A stretch of DNA of 37,293 nucleotides, from contig JAWLEP010000016.1 of the NCBI GenBank assembly GCA_041686025.1, forward strand, positions 24,801 to 62,093, given 5' to 3'. Shown in pieces: positions 17,772-28,192 of this stretch. How positions within the stretch are numbered: position 1 is the first letter of the stretch; the number at the start of each line of letters is the position of its first letter. The stretch is from Candidatus Fermentibacteraceae bacterium. GTDB lineage: Bacteria; Fermentibacterota; Fermentibacteria; Fermentibacterales; JCC-6. Under the pieces are notes generated by a model. The model did no database searches and was not told the origin of the DNA. It was given only the letters and a program-made list of their open reading frames with translations. The position numbers and the translations under genes are program-made.

Positions 17772-20647
17772 GCCTGACCTGCGGCGGCTTCAGGGCGCTG
17801 GAAGACGCCCTCCTGGAACGCCTGGACGAGGTGAAGGGCGGCCGGGTGGCGGTTGTATCGGGCGGGCTGCCGCAGCAGAGGAGGCTGCAGGGGCTGCTGC
17901 TCTCCCGAAGAGGCGGCGTGGCCGCCGGCATCCGCTTCCTCCCCGGCATCCCCAAACTGGCCGGCTGGCTGTCGGGTCTGGGGGATGTGATGGAGAAGCC
18001 CTCTCCGGCCGACCGCCTGGCGGCCTGCATGAGGGCGGTCTCGGACCTTCCCCCGAATGCACCATTCGCCGGCCTCGCAGCCAGCCCCAGGGCGGTGATG
18101 TCGCTTTCGGACTTCTTCGAGGGCCTGCTGGAGCGCGGCGTGACCCCGGAGATGTACCGGACCATCACCATGTCGCTTTCCGGCGACAACCAGCTGGAGA
18201 GCGTGGTGGCCGGCCTGTTCGAGGAGTACGTGGAGGAAACATCCTCGCTGTACCCCGCCACCCCGGCATCGGTGACGGAGTCCGTGACGGCCCGGACGGT
18301 CCCCGACGGCCTCACCGTATTCCTCTACGGATTCTACGACCTGAGTCCCGGCCAGAGGAGGCTGGTCCGCAGGCTGGCGTCCTCCGGGGCCCGAATGCAC
18401 GTGCTCACGCCGCTGACCTCCTCCTCGGCCTGGAGGGAGACCTTCTCCCGGACCGCCGACCTGCTCTTCGAGGAGCTGCGGCCAGGGACAGTATCCCATC
18501 CCCTGGCCGATCCCGAGGCCGGCCCTTTCACCGACACCGCTTCCGCCGCCGTCCGAGGACGGCGGGTGCCCGCCCCGTACGGCGGCCGCAGCCTGCGGGT
18601 GGTATCCGCAGCCGGAGTGCTGGGCGAGGCCAGGGCCATCGTGCTGGAGGTCGCCCGGCTACGCTCCTCCGGCGTGGAGGCCCGCGACATCGCAGTGGCG
18701 GCAAGGGGCGGGGTGAGAGACACTGCCGCCCGCCTGGCCGGGGAGGAGGGCATCCCCGTCCGCGGAAACCGGAAGGTGCCCCTGGACTCACTTCCCGCAT
18801 GCCGCCTGCTGCAGCAGCTGATGTCGCTGGACGAGTCGGAGTTTCACTACAGGACGCTGGAGTCGGTCTGCGAGACCGGAGCCCTGGCCGACCGGGTCAA
18901 CCCGGGTGTGTCCGGAGTCCGGGAAGCCGTCTCGTCCTCGGGGGTCCGCTTCGGAAGGGAGGCCTGGCTTCGGGCCTCCAGGGGGCTCTCCCAGCGGATG
19001 AGCCACCTGATCGAGGATCTGCATGGCTTCTTCTCAGGTCTGCCCGGGAAGGACCTGCCCGCGTCCTACCTGGAGCGAATACGGTCGCGGCTTCTGCCCC
19101 TGGTGGCGGAGGGGGAGGGCAGAAGTGTCCTGGCCCGGGAGCTGGACGGGCTGTCGATCCGGTGCCGTCGTCCCGTGCCCTGGCGCCTGTTCTCCGAGAT
19201 GCTCTGCCGGGAGCTGGGGGGAATGACCGCCAGCGCCGGTGGCGGAGATCCGCTGGGTGTCAGCTTCCTGTCGCCGGAGGAGGTGAGGGGAACCAGCTTC
19301 GATGCAGTGATCTTCGCCGGCCTGAACGAATCCGAGTTTCCCCGGCTGGCCCGGGAGGACCCCCGTCTCTCACCGGAGATGAGGGAGAAGCTTCAGCTCC
19401 ACCCGCCGGAGGAGCGCTACAGCGAGGAGGCCTACCTGTTCACCAGGGTGGCGGAGGCCGCCGCCTCACACCTGTCGCTGGTATGGCGCAGCGGGTCGAT
19501 ATCGGGGGAGAGCATGCAGCCCTCCCCATTCATCTCCGGTCTGGTGAGCGATGGCGGCCCGGAAACCGCGCCGCCGAGACCGTGGCTGGACAGGGAGGCA
19601 GTGAGCAGCAGCGCCTTTCAGATCCTCCTGGGAGGAGAGGGGTGGCTGGCCCGGGCCATTCGGGAGCTGGTCCTCGGGGGCAGGTCTCCGGGGCTGCCCT
19701 TCTTCGGCCGGGCGCTGGCGGCCGAGAACGCGCGGATGTCGGCGGCTCCGTTCGACCGCTACGACGGCGTGATCGGTCCCCGCGATGGCCTGGTACGCAC
19801 GTCCGCAACCGCCATGGAGGGCTACGCATGCTGCCCCTTCAAGTACATGGCCGAGAATGTATGGGGCCTGGAGGAGCGGCCCGACCAGGGCGTGAAGGGC
19901 GCACTGAACCCCATGGACCGGGGCAGGCTGCTGCACGCCTCCCTGGAGAGGGCGCTGGAGGGGCCGGGCTTCACCGTCAAAGAGAGCGTGCTGCGGGGGA
20001 TAGTCGAGGAAGAGCTGGAGGAGCTGGAGTCCGGCCGCGCAATCGGCAGCCCGGCCCTCCGTGAGGCCATGCTGGACCTGGAGACCGAGGCCCTCCACCG
20101 CTTCATCGCCCGTCACGGCCGGCTGGGCTGGGAGGTCCTGGACACCGAGATGGAGGTCAGCGGCGAGTACGGGGAGGTGGAGGTGTCCCGGGGCAAGATA
20201 GACCTGGTGGTCAGGGGACCCGGGGGCATCGAGCTGCTGGACTTCAAGACGGGCTCTTCCCAGAAGAAAAGCGATGTGCGCAAGAGGCTGAAGCTGGGGG
20301 TCCTGATGCAGGCCGCCCTCTACCTGGACCTCTACCGCCGGCAGACCGGAGAGGATGCCCGGGGGTCCGGCTACGTCTACCTGGAGGCGGCCCCCGAAGG
20401 CCAGGCGGTGATAGCCGCACCTGACATCGACGAGGCGTTGCCCGCATCGCGCGGCTTCGCCGCCGCCTACGCCCGACTCATGGGCGAGGGCTACTTCCCT
20501 CCGCTTCCCTCCGACGAGCTGAACCCCTGCCGCTACTGCGGCTTCGCAGGGCTCTGCAGGAAGCTCCCCGACTGGCGGAGGGAGAGGAGGGCCCGGGCCG
20601 ACTCCCGGGCCGACGACCTGAGGGAGGGAGGAGCGGAAGATGGCTGA
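17759..20647 (+). CDS. addB: AddB-like PD-(D/E)XK nuclease subunit (962 aa)
   Basis: VRGTSFDAVIFAGLNESEFP; SATAMEGYACCPF; RGKIDLV..LLDFKTG; QAALY; Fe-S cysteines CRYCGFAGLC; overlaps addA. Confidence 0.85.
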   Translation: MPLLSLTCGGFRALEDALLERLDEVKGGRVAVVSGGLPQQRRLQGLLLSRRGGVAAGIRFLPGIPKLAGWLSGLGDVMEKPSPADRLAACMRAVSDLPPNAPFAGLAASPRAVMSLSDFFEGLLERGVTPEMYRTITMSLSGDNQLESVVAGLFEEYVEETSSLYPATPASVTESVTARTVPDGLTVFLYGFYDLSPGQRRLVRRLASSGARMHVLTPLTSSSAWRETFSRTADLLFEELRPGTVSHPLADPEAGPFTDTASAAVRGRRVPAPYGGRSLRVVSAAGVLGEARAIVLEVARLRSSGVEARDIAVAARGGVRDTAARLAGEEGIPVRGNRKVPLDSLPACRLLQQLMSLDESEFHYRTLESVCETGALADRVNPGVSGVREAVSSSGVRFGREAWLRASRGLSQRMSHLIEDLHGFFSGLPGKDLPASYLERIRSRLLPLVAEGEGRSVLARELDGLSIRCRRPVPWRLFSEMLCRELGGMTASAGGGDPLGVSFLSPEEVRGTSFDAVIFAGLNESEFPRLAREDPRLSPEMREKLQLHPPEERYSEEAYLFTRVAEAAASHLSLVWRSGSISGESMQPSPFISGLVSDGGPETAPPRPWLDREAVSSSAFQILLGGEGWLARAIRELVLGGRSPGLPFFGRALAAENARMSAAPFDRYDGVIGPRDGLVRTSATAMEGYACCPFKYMAENVWGLEERPDQGVKGALNPMDRGRLLHASLERALEGPGFTVKESVLRGIVEEELEELESGRAIGSPALREAMLDLETEALHRFIARHGRLGWEVLDTEMEVSGEYGEVEVSRGKIDLVVRGPGGIELLDFKTGSSQKKSDVRKRLKLGVLMQAALYLDLYRRQTGEDARGSGYVYLEAAPEGQAVIAAPDIDEALPASRGFAAAYARLMGEGYFPPLPSDELNPCRYCGFAGLCRKLPDWRRERRARADSRADDLREGGAEDG

Positions 20648-23600
20648 CCGAACTCCCCCCAGCGACCAGTCCCACCGCGACACAGTCCGAACCCATCCCG
20701 GCAGCCTCTCGGTGGAGGCCAGCGCCGGTACGGGAAAGACCACCCTGATCGTGGAGCGGGTGGTGGAGATGGTCCTTCGCGGGGCGGACCTGGGCTCCAT
20801 CGCGGTGGTCACCTTCACCCGGGCCGCGGCCGCAGAGCTGCGGGACCGCATCCGCAGGGCCCTGCTGACCGCCCGGGAGGAGGGGGCGGACGTGGAGGCC
20901 GCCCTCCGCCAGCTGCCGCTGGCGCAGATAAGCACCATCCATTCCTTCGCCGGCAGCATACTGCGAGAGCACTGCCACCGGACCGGCGTGGACCCTGACT
21001 TCACCTCCGGTGCCTCACGCCTGCCCGAGCGGGAGACCGCCCTGGAATGGGACCGCTACCTCACATCGCTGGACGGCGGCCTGCTCCGCTCCTGCGGCGA
21101 CCTGCTGGCCACCGCGGGGACCGACACGCTGCTGGAGCTGGCCCTGGAGATAGAGAAGCGTCCCTGGATAACCGACCTCTCTCCCTTCACCGGTGAGGAG
21201 GACGTTCTCACCGCCTTCCGGAGGGAGATGAAGCCCCATCTGGACGTGGTGGAGCGGGCGGGGGAGCGCTGCGTGGACCCCTCCGACAAGCTGATGGGCT
21301 CCCTGCAGGCCATGAAGCGGGCACTGGCCCAGCTTCCCGCATCCGTCGCAGAGGTGAATGACATGGATCCGGCGGTCCTTCTCTTCGAGCTGGGGCGGGT
21401 GAACCGCGGCGGCAGAAAGGGCAGCTGGGACCCGCCGGATTTCAAGGACGAGCTGAAAGAGGTGCTGACCGAGCTGAAGGACCGGTTGTCGAAGCTCGTC
21501 CCCATGCTGCTGGGGGAGAAGCTGATGCCTCAGGTGGAGAAGCTGATCATGCCCTTCGTGGCATTGCTCAGGCAGCGGTGGCGTGAGGACATATCCCGAT
21601 TCAGCTACGACGACCTGCTGCGGCTGGCGGCGGAGGCGCTGGAGGACAGCCCCGCGCTCGCCCGGCAGGTCTCGGAGCGCTTCTCGCACGTGCTGATCGA
21701 CGAGTTCCAGGACACCTCCCGCATGCAGGTCCGGTTCTTCCGGGCCCTGATGGGCGGCACCGATGGCAGGCTCCCGGCCTCCAGGATCACCCTCATGGGG
21801 GACCCCAAGCAGTCCATATACGGCTGGCGCAACGCCGACATCGAGACCTATCGGGCGGCGGTGAAGGAGCTCTCGGAGTCCGGCGGCCTCAGCGAACGGA
21901 TCGAGGTGAACTTCCGCAGCACCCGCAGCATCATCGGATTCGTGGAGGCGTTCGGTGCAGCGCTGTTCGCGCAGGCCCACCCCGCCGAGTCACCGTTCGG
22001 CTGCGACTACGCCCCCCTGGCCCCCAGACCCGAGGCACCGGAGGGCGTGCCCGTGGAGGTGGTGGGCTTCGACCGCCGCGGCCTCCGCAGCATGAACGTC
22101 TCGGAGATGGTCGACCTGCAGGCGGAGTGGCTGGCCCGGGAGGTAGAGCGGGACGGGCACCCGGGCAGATGGGCCCTGCTGCTGCGGGGGGCCGGGAGGG
22201 CCGACCGGTTCGTGGCGGCCCTGGAGCGCCACGGAATACCCTACGCCGTGGAGGCGGGCAGGGACTTCAAGGAGCGCCCGGAGGTGACCGACCTGCTGGA
22301 GCTGCTTCGCACGCTGACCTCCCCGGAGGACACCATGGCCCTGGCCCATACCCTCAGGTCCCCCCTCTTCGGTGTGGACGACTCCGACCTGACAGACGCC
22401 ATACTGGCCGGAATGCGCGGTCTGGGCGAGGTGCCGGAGAACTGCCCGAGCTCGGTGAGTCTGGCGGTGGAGCATCTCCGCGGTCTCTCGGACGCCGCCC
22501 GGCGCCTTCCGGTGGCAGACCTATTCGACCTGGTCCTCCGCAGCACTCCGCTTCTGGGGGTGATCGCCGCCTCCGGGTATCAAGTGGAGAGAAGGCTGGG
22601 CAACATCCAGTACGTGGCCGAGCTGCTGGTTGAGGGCCAGGTGGCATCCGTGGGTGAGCTGATGGACCTCCTGGGCAGGGGAGAGGCGGGAGCCGAGATC
22701 GAGGAGCCGGCGTTCTCCCCGGGAGCCAGCGGCGCGGTCACCATATGCACCATCCACCGCGCCAAGGGGCTGTCCTTCCCCCACGTCGTCCTTGCCGACC
22801 TGCCCACCAGAACACCCAACCCCGGCTCGAAGAAGATGCTTCTGAGCTACGATCACGGCGGCCTCGCCGCCTTCAGCCTGGGTCGGAGAGCCCACAGGGC
22901 CCGGAGCGCTCACTGGTACGATATCGTGGACCTGGAGAGGGCCCGAGGGGCTGCGGAAACCAGAAGGCTGCTCTACGTGGCCCTAACCAGGGCCGAGAGC
23001 CGCCTGACGGTTCTTACCAACCGGGTCAAGGTCGACAGGGAGAAGCTGCTGCCGGCGGAGAAGATGTTCTCGGCCGCACTGGAAGAGGTGGAGGCTGCGG
23101 CTCCGGACACCTTCCGGTGGCGGGAGATGGACCTGGACATGGAGACCACGCCTTCCCCCTCGCCGCTGCGTCCCGAAGAGGCAGCGGAGGAGCCCCCGGC
23201 GGAGTACTTCCCATTCCCCCAGCTGAAGCCGTCGGGGGAGCCGTCCACGCCGGAGAGGGAGCTGGGCGTTGCCGTCCACAAGCTGCTGGAGAGGATGGAC
23301 CCGACGGACCCCCAGGGGTGGCTGGAAGAGCACCAGGTCTTCCTGAAGGCGGTGGCCGGCGGACAGATGAAGAGAGCCTCCGAGCTGGCCCTGGCCTTCT
23401 TCGAAATGGAGCTGCCCTTCGACCTGGAGAGCTGCGAAGTGGTGGGCCGCGAGTACCCGCTGGTGGTCTCCGGGGAGGGCCGGCCGCAGGAGCGCTACAT
23501 CGACCTGCTTCTGGACGACGGCGAGGGCCTCATCGTGGTGGACTACAAAACCGACCATGTGCCTGAGCCGGAGAGAGAGAGCCTGGACCGCCTAGCCGAG

Positions 23601-23717
23601 CACTACCGGGGCCAGCAGGAGGGCTACCTGGACGCCATCGGGAGGGCCTTCGGCCGCCCGGCCCGGGGGTACCTGGTGTTCCTCGCCGCCGGGGCCGTCC
23701 GCGGGGTAGGGGACTGA
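20640..23717 (+). CDS. addA: AddA-like UvrD/SF1 helicase-nuclease (1025 aa)
   Basis: ASAGTGKT, TFTRAAAAEL, LIDEFQDT, GDPKQSIYGWR, NFRS, TIHRAKGL, LLYVALTRA; C-terminal IDLL..VDYKT nuclease. Confidence 0.93.
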   Translation: MADRTPPSDQSHRDTVRTHPGSLSVEASAGTGKTTLIVERVVEMVLRGADLGSIAVVTFTRAAAAELRDRIRRALLTAREEGADVEAALRQLPLAQISTIHSFAGSILREHCHRTGVDPDFTSGASRLPERETALEWDRYLTSLDGGLLRSCGDLLATAGTDTLLELALEIEKRPWITDLSPFTGEEDVLTAFRREMKPHLDVVERAGERCVDPSDKLMGSLQAMKRALAQLPASVAEVNDMDPAVLLFELGRVNRGGRKGSWDPPDFKDELKEVLTELKDRLSKLVPMLLGEKLMPQVEKLIMPFVALLRQRWREDISRFSYDDLLRLAAEALEDSPALARQVSERFSHVLIDEFQDTSRMQVRFFRALMGGTDGRLPASRITLMGDPKQSIYGWRNADIETYRAAVKELSESGGLSERIEVNFRSTRSIIGFVEAFGAALFAQAHPAESPFGCDYAPLAPRPEAPEGVPVEVVGFDRRGLRSMNVSEMVDLQAEWLAREVERDGHPGRWALLLRGAGRADRFVAALERHGIPYAVEAGRDFKERPEVTDLLELLRTLTSPEDTMALAHTLRSPLFGVDDSDLTDAILAGMRGLGEVPENCPSSVSLAVEHLRGLSDAARRLPVADLFDLVLRSTPLLGVIAASGYQVERRLGNIQYVAELLVEGQVASVGELMDLLGRGEAGAEIEEPAFSPGASGAVTICTIHRAKGLSFPHVVLADLPTRTPNPGSKKMLLSYDHGGLAAFSLGRRAHRARSAHWYDIVDLERARGAAETRRLLYVALTRAESRLTVLTNRVKVDREKLLPAEKMFSAALEEVEAAAPDTFRWREMDLDMETTPSPSPLRPEEAAEEPPAEYFPFPQLKPSGEPSTPERELGVAVHKLLERMDPTDPQGWLEEHQVFLKAVAGGQMKRASELALAFFEMELPFDLESCEVVGREYPLVVSGEGRPQERYIDLLLDDGEGLIVVDYKTDHVPEPERESLDRLAEHYRGQQEGYLDAIGRAFGRPARGYLVFLAAGAVRGVGD

Positions 23718-23763
23718 CTCCACCGCTATCCACCCGACCGGATGGTCTGAGATCGATCTCCCT

Positions 23764-25539
23764 CTATCTGAGGATCACGAAATCTGCCGAAGCAGCCTCG
23801 GAGCCCCACTGTGCTCTGCAGCAGTAGAGGCCATTGGGTAGCAGTCTGCCGGAGTCGGATCTCCCATCGAACCGAACCTGCAGCTCGGATTCGCCTGACG
23901 GGTCCAAGCTCATGGACCTCACGCGACGGCCGGATACGTCGAAGATATCCAGCTGCACCGGTCCGCCGTGAACGCAGCCCAGGTTAAGCGACAACATGGC
24001 CGCGCCGACACCTGCCACCGAAGCGGCCTCCAACCGCTGATTCCCTCCAGCGGGAAATCCTGTGTGCTCAGCAAGCTGCGAGTCCTCAAGGAAGCAGACG
24101 TACACATCACTTCCAGGGACCATGTCCACGGTTCTGGTCCCGGCAACGAAATACCCGTAAGGAGGACTGTTCTCCAGCACTCCCCCTGCAGCAAAGCCCT
24201 TGTTGCCGTATGCGGGACTGATCCCCTCGTACTCGGCGGTGCCGATATCGTCCACCAGCAGATCCAGCTGGTCCTCAAAATGGAAGTCAGGATGGGGGTT
24301 GGACTCGAAGCAGTCTCCCGGCGCTACAGCCAGAAGGAGATCATCCAGCTTCGGAAATGGAGACTCATGATGTCGCGTTCCTGCAATTACGATCTTGTCC
24401 TGATCGCCCAGGAAATCGATGCTGGATGCGGAATACCCATTCAGCATTTCGCCGGCAATATCGAGATCGTTGATGAGGAGGTCGACGCCGAAGTCAATGT
24501 CCCATACTCCCCAGAGCTCATCTACCCAGAATTGGGCAAGCGTGATCTTATCGTCGCCAGACTTCGGGCCTTCGAGAACGTGATACTGATACTCGTACAG
24601 CCAACAGAGCTCATGGTCGTCCAGCACTGCAACGACCATCGGCCTGTTTCCCGGGTCAGTTCCCAGCTTCAAACCCTTGAAGCCAGAGTTAGGTCAAGTT
24701 CCATCCAGAGCGCAAGGGAGGGCCCAGTGCTCCCTGACAAGCTCGTTGCCACTGCCATCTAGAACGGCTACAACGGCATTCGCAATATCGGGAGTCGGAT
24801 AGTCATCCCCAGGATCCGTACACAGACCTACGATAATCTTGCCCCCATATGGGTCTCCAAAGGAGCCAGGGATCTCAAGCACGCAGTCGGTGTATATGCG
24901 TGACTCTATCGGGTTCCGAGGGGGATATGGGTTCTGTTCGGAATAGAGCCATGTCCACTCAATGGTGCATAGGTCTGGCGATATCCTGCTTACGAAGCAC
25001 TGCCTTGCCACATCGCCGGCCCAGGTTTCACCACTGAGAATGTAGCCGCCATCTGCGGCCATGAATACATCTCGCCCTCTACCTGTGAGCTCCGTGAGTT
25101 CGTGGCTTTCGAGAACATTGCCGTCGTCATCGATCACAGCCAGCAGCGGATGGGGCGATTTGCTGAAAGTGTTGGCCGCGCCGGCGATAACATATGTACC
25201 ATCGTTAAGGTTGCAGATGCCGTTGGCCACGGCACCATTGTGATAGGGATCAAAAACCGTTGTGAACACCGGCTCCAGCGGTTCGGCTTGGTCGAGCTTC
25301 ATCACAAAGGCCGAACCATCTGTTGTAAGCCCCTGGCTGAACGTACCGCCGCATATGACGAGGCCGAATCCATGACCGCTACAGGCATCGAGCGGTTGTG
25401 AGTGCAGATTGCCACCGACGGAATATACCTCTTCCCAGTCGGCAGCAGCTGGTAGGGCCAGCAGCGACAGGCCGGCAACGACCAGCACGCCATATCGGAA
25501 CGGCAGAAGGCTCAGTCTCATAGCTATCCTCTTTTCCAT
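23764..25539 (-). pseudogene. Secreted beta-propeller-like protein with FlgD-Ig/T9SS-like C-terminal domain (591 codons), interrupted by one in-frame TGA at 24694-24696 (nonsense mutation or recoding)
   Basis: Track ORFs 24694..25539 and 23764..24672 are in the same frame (..ALDGT*PNSGFKGLKLG..). The first has the signal peptide and the second has the CTD (LDIFDVSGRRVR..FDGRSDSGRLLPNGLY). GC is visibly lower than in the flanks. Confidence 0.7.
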
Positions 25540-25690
25540 ATGCGATTGCTACCAGTGTAGCATTCGCAAAATGCGGGGGAATGCCAGATCTAGCAAGAGT
25601 ACTGCTTGACCATGCTCTCATAGCTGCAGCCAGTTTAGGCAGGAATGGGTGAAATGTTCGAAAAAGGAAGCCTTGATGGGTTGCGGGTGT

Positions 25691-25719
25691 GTCAGGGGGC
25701 CGGGACCCGGCCCCCTGAC
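25691..25719 (-). terminator. Perfect GC-rich hairpin just downstream of the C25 gene pair
   Basis: GTCAGGGGGCCGG-GAC-CCGGCCCCCTGAC, 7 nt after the stop at 25727; no U-tract. Confidence 0.6.
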
Positions 25720-25726
25720 TGCCGAG

Positions 25727-28114
25727 TCAGCGAAGTACTACAACCTTGGCTGTAGCGGCCGTACCCTCTGTCGAGGCACGGAGGAAGTACACGCCCGCAG
25801 GTATGGAAGTCACGCCGAAGCTGCGAGTGTTCGTCCCGCTAGGCATATATCCTTCCGTAAGCTCCAGGATCCTGTGGCCGGCTAGGTCGTACAGCACCAA
25901 CTCGACGTGTCCCGAAACCGGGTTACGGACTTCGCATGAAAGCAGCCCGCGCACCGGAGAGCATACGCTGATTGCAAGGTGCCCAGACCCGTAGTGATCC
26001 CCCTCTACACCTTCGCCGTACCCGTCGGGATAGTGAGTGCCGTAGGCCGTGTGCCTCTCAGCAGGGACCGGAGGCTCCGCCCCGGGGTCGGGGTATGCCG
26101 CCATCGGGTCCCCGTAAAGCACGTACTGGAGAGTGGCATCGACTCCAGATGTGTAGCCCGGGGGAGTATAGAGATCGGAGATCCTCGCGTTGCAGTAGGT
26201 GAGTGCCTCTCCGATGGTGAATTCCTCGGCGGTGATCAGATGGACGAAGATGTTCCACCACCACCCGGAGCCGTCGAAGGACACCGAGGCCAGGCTGCCT
26301 ATGGAGCCTATAGCGCCGTGGTCCAGGGCCACCTCGTTCATCTCGCCGTTGGCCATGCTGCAGGCGTTGTAGGCGATGATCAGGGAGTGGAGGTTGTCGA
26401 AGCTGCTGTCCAGTTCCTCCTGAGTGAAGCTGCCGCCGGCGGAGCCGTCGTAGACCCTGCCATCGGGGTCGGGCCACCAGGGATCGCCGAACTCGCAGCT
26501 GTAGTCATCCTGGGCCACACCGTTATCGATGTCCCTGACAGCGATCATCGTCCCGCCGCCGTGGCAAGAGAAGTAGAGGAACATCGAGCCCTGTATCACA
26601 TCCTGCACGAAGCCGCACAGCGGCACATCGGGCTGGGAGGGGTGCATCCCCACTCCCGGCTCCGCGCCGCTGTGGAAATGGGTCTCGTAGCCCTCCCCAT
26701 AGAACGTGGAGTACTGGCCCGGACAGCAGCCGGTATCGCCAGCGTCGGAGGCACCCGGCCACAGCGGGTCGAGGGTGGGCTGGCTGGGCGGCCAGCCGGG
26801 GAAGTAGTTGTTCTCCTCGGTCCAGCCCTCCTCGGGCCAGCCGAACACCTCGTTGACCACTAGGCCGTCGTACCAGTTGTCGCCGAACATGTAATCCGGT
26901 GGATAGCCGACCTCGTAGGCGTTCATGGAGATGGTCACATGATCGGGCCTGGGGTTGGCGTGAAGTACCGCCCCGTGCAGCGCGCCGCGGTTGACGGTCC
27001 CCAGGTTGCCTATCCAGTCCAGGGGGAACCTGCCGGGTATGGCGCCGTCCCTGGTCGGATCGGATGGGTCGCCGTTTATGGACCGCTCGAAGGTCGCGGG
27101 GAAAGTGGACTGGCTGTTGAAGGTCAGGGCAAACTCGAGCTTATCCGGCGAGGTTCCGCCCAATGAATCGAGTAGGCTGTAGAACTCCTCGGCAAGCTCC
27201 TCGGAGCCGGAAGCCCTTATGCCGGTTACGGGCGCGTCCAGCTTGGTGTTCCCCATGGGCAGGACAGCCCTGAGGTCCTCCATGGCCAGCCTGCTGCTGG
27301 CGAGAAGACCCTCAGGAAGCTGTAGCACGTAGCCGCCATATCGGGCCGCTCCAATCGCGGCGGAGAGGGCCTGCAGGTCGTCCTTGTACATACAGGCGAC
27401 CGCATCACCCGTAAGCGCAACGGTCGCGGGCAGCAGGTCGCCGGGATCGGAGATCTGCGTCACGGTGATTCCCAGTCCGGAAAGGTCGTCAAAGACCTGC
27501 GCGGAAAGCGTGTCGGCGTAGTCCACCACCCAAACCTCGGTGACTCCCATGCCTCCCAGGGCTTCCTCGGTCTCGGCCGACAGTCCGTCGGTGCCGGTCC
27601 ACAGCAGGGGACAGTTGTTGTTGGCCGCCCAGCCCGCGGCAGCCGCAGCGGTTTCCATCAGGTTATCCTGGGGGGTGTCTACACGGGGTGCCACCACCGC
27701 GTTGCCGGTTGAGGGCCACTCCGTCATCGCCAGGTCTCGGGCTACTTCCAGGTCTGTGCCCGTGTATTCGAGCGTCTCCACCGAGGGGATGAGCGGCTCG
27801 ATCATGGTCTTGAAGTCTGGGTCCACGTCCCCCAGGTAGATCAGGCTTCCTCCGGAGCCGACCATGTTCAGGTAGTCGGCCCAGTCGGAGAGCACGTAGT
27901 AGGCCGAGTTGGAGTCGGACCCGTCGGTGAGCAGAGGTGCCCCGTAGGATTCTCCGCCGTGCTGGAAGTATAGCGCAGGAACGGCGGACAGCAGCGGGTA
28001 GCAGGTGCCCGGGTCCGTTCCTTCGAGGTGCGCTATCGCGCACCGCTCCATGACCTGACCGGCGAGCGCGCCGCCCACTATTAGCACCATCAGTACGGGA
28101 AAGACAAGTCTCAT
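25727..28114 (-). CDS. Secreted protein with cell-wall-binding-repeat-2-like region, C25-like cysteine peptidase domain and T9SS-type CTD (795 aa)
   Basis: Signal peptide; PLLWTGTDGLSAETEEALGGMGVTEVWVV (CWB2-like); FSCHGG..YNACS..YVLYGDP (His/Cys dyad); LVLYDLAGH..PAGVYFLR..KVVVLR. Confidence 0.8.
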   Translation of the reverse strand: MRLVFPVLMVLIVGGALAGQVMERCAIAHLEGTDPGTCYPLLSAVPALYFQHGGESYGAPLLTDGSDSNSAYYVLSDWADYLNMVGSGGSLIYLGDVDPDFKTMIEPLIPSVETLEYTGTDLEVARDLAMTEWPSTGNAVVAPRVDTPQDNLMETAAAAAGWAANNNCPLLWTGTDGLSAETEEALGGMGVTEVWVVDYADTLSAQVFDDLSGLGITVTQISDPGDLLPATVALTGDAVACMYKDDLQALSAAIGAARYGGYVLQLPEGLLASSRLAMEDLRAVLPMGNTKLDAPVTGIRASGSEELAEEFYSLLDSLGGTSPDKLEFALTFNSQSTFPATFERSINGDPSDPTRDGAIPGRFPLDWIGNLGTVNRGALHGAVLHANPRPDHVTISMNAYEVGYPPDYMFGDNWYDGLVVNEVFGWPEEGWTEENNYFPGWPPSQPTLDPLWPGASDAGDTGCCPGQYSTFYGEGYETHFHSGAEPGVGMHPSQPDVPLCGFVQDVIQGSMFLYFSCHGGGTMIAVRDIDNGVAQDDYSCEFGDPWWPDPDGRVYDGSAGGSFTQEELDSSFDNLHSLIIAYNACSMANGEMNEVALDHGAIGSIGSLASVSFDGSGWWWNIFVHLITAEEFTIGEALTYCNARISDLYTPPGYTSGVDATLQYVLYGDPMAAYPDPGAEPPVPAERHTAYGTHYPDGYGEGVEGDHYGSGHLAISVCSPVRGLLSCEVRNPVSGHVELVLYDLAGHRILELTEGYMPSGTNTRSFGVTSIPAGVYFLRASTEGTAATAKVVVLR

Positions 28115-28192
28115 GCCGGTTGCTCCTCTCGCAAATCGTTCCCTGTCCCGCCTGCTCTCTCGGCAGACGGCGGGAGGCTGTCTCTTCGCCTT

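Noticed and set aside
28146..28176. Imperfect hairpin between the two C25 genes as a terminator
   Set aside because: Bulged stem without a U-tract; not enough support.
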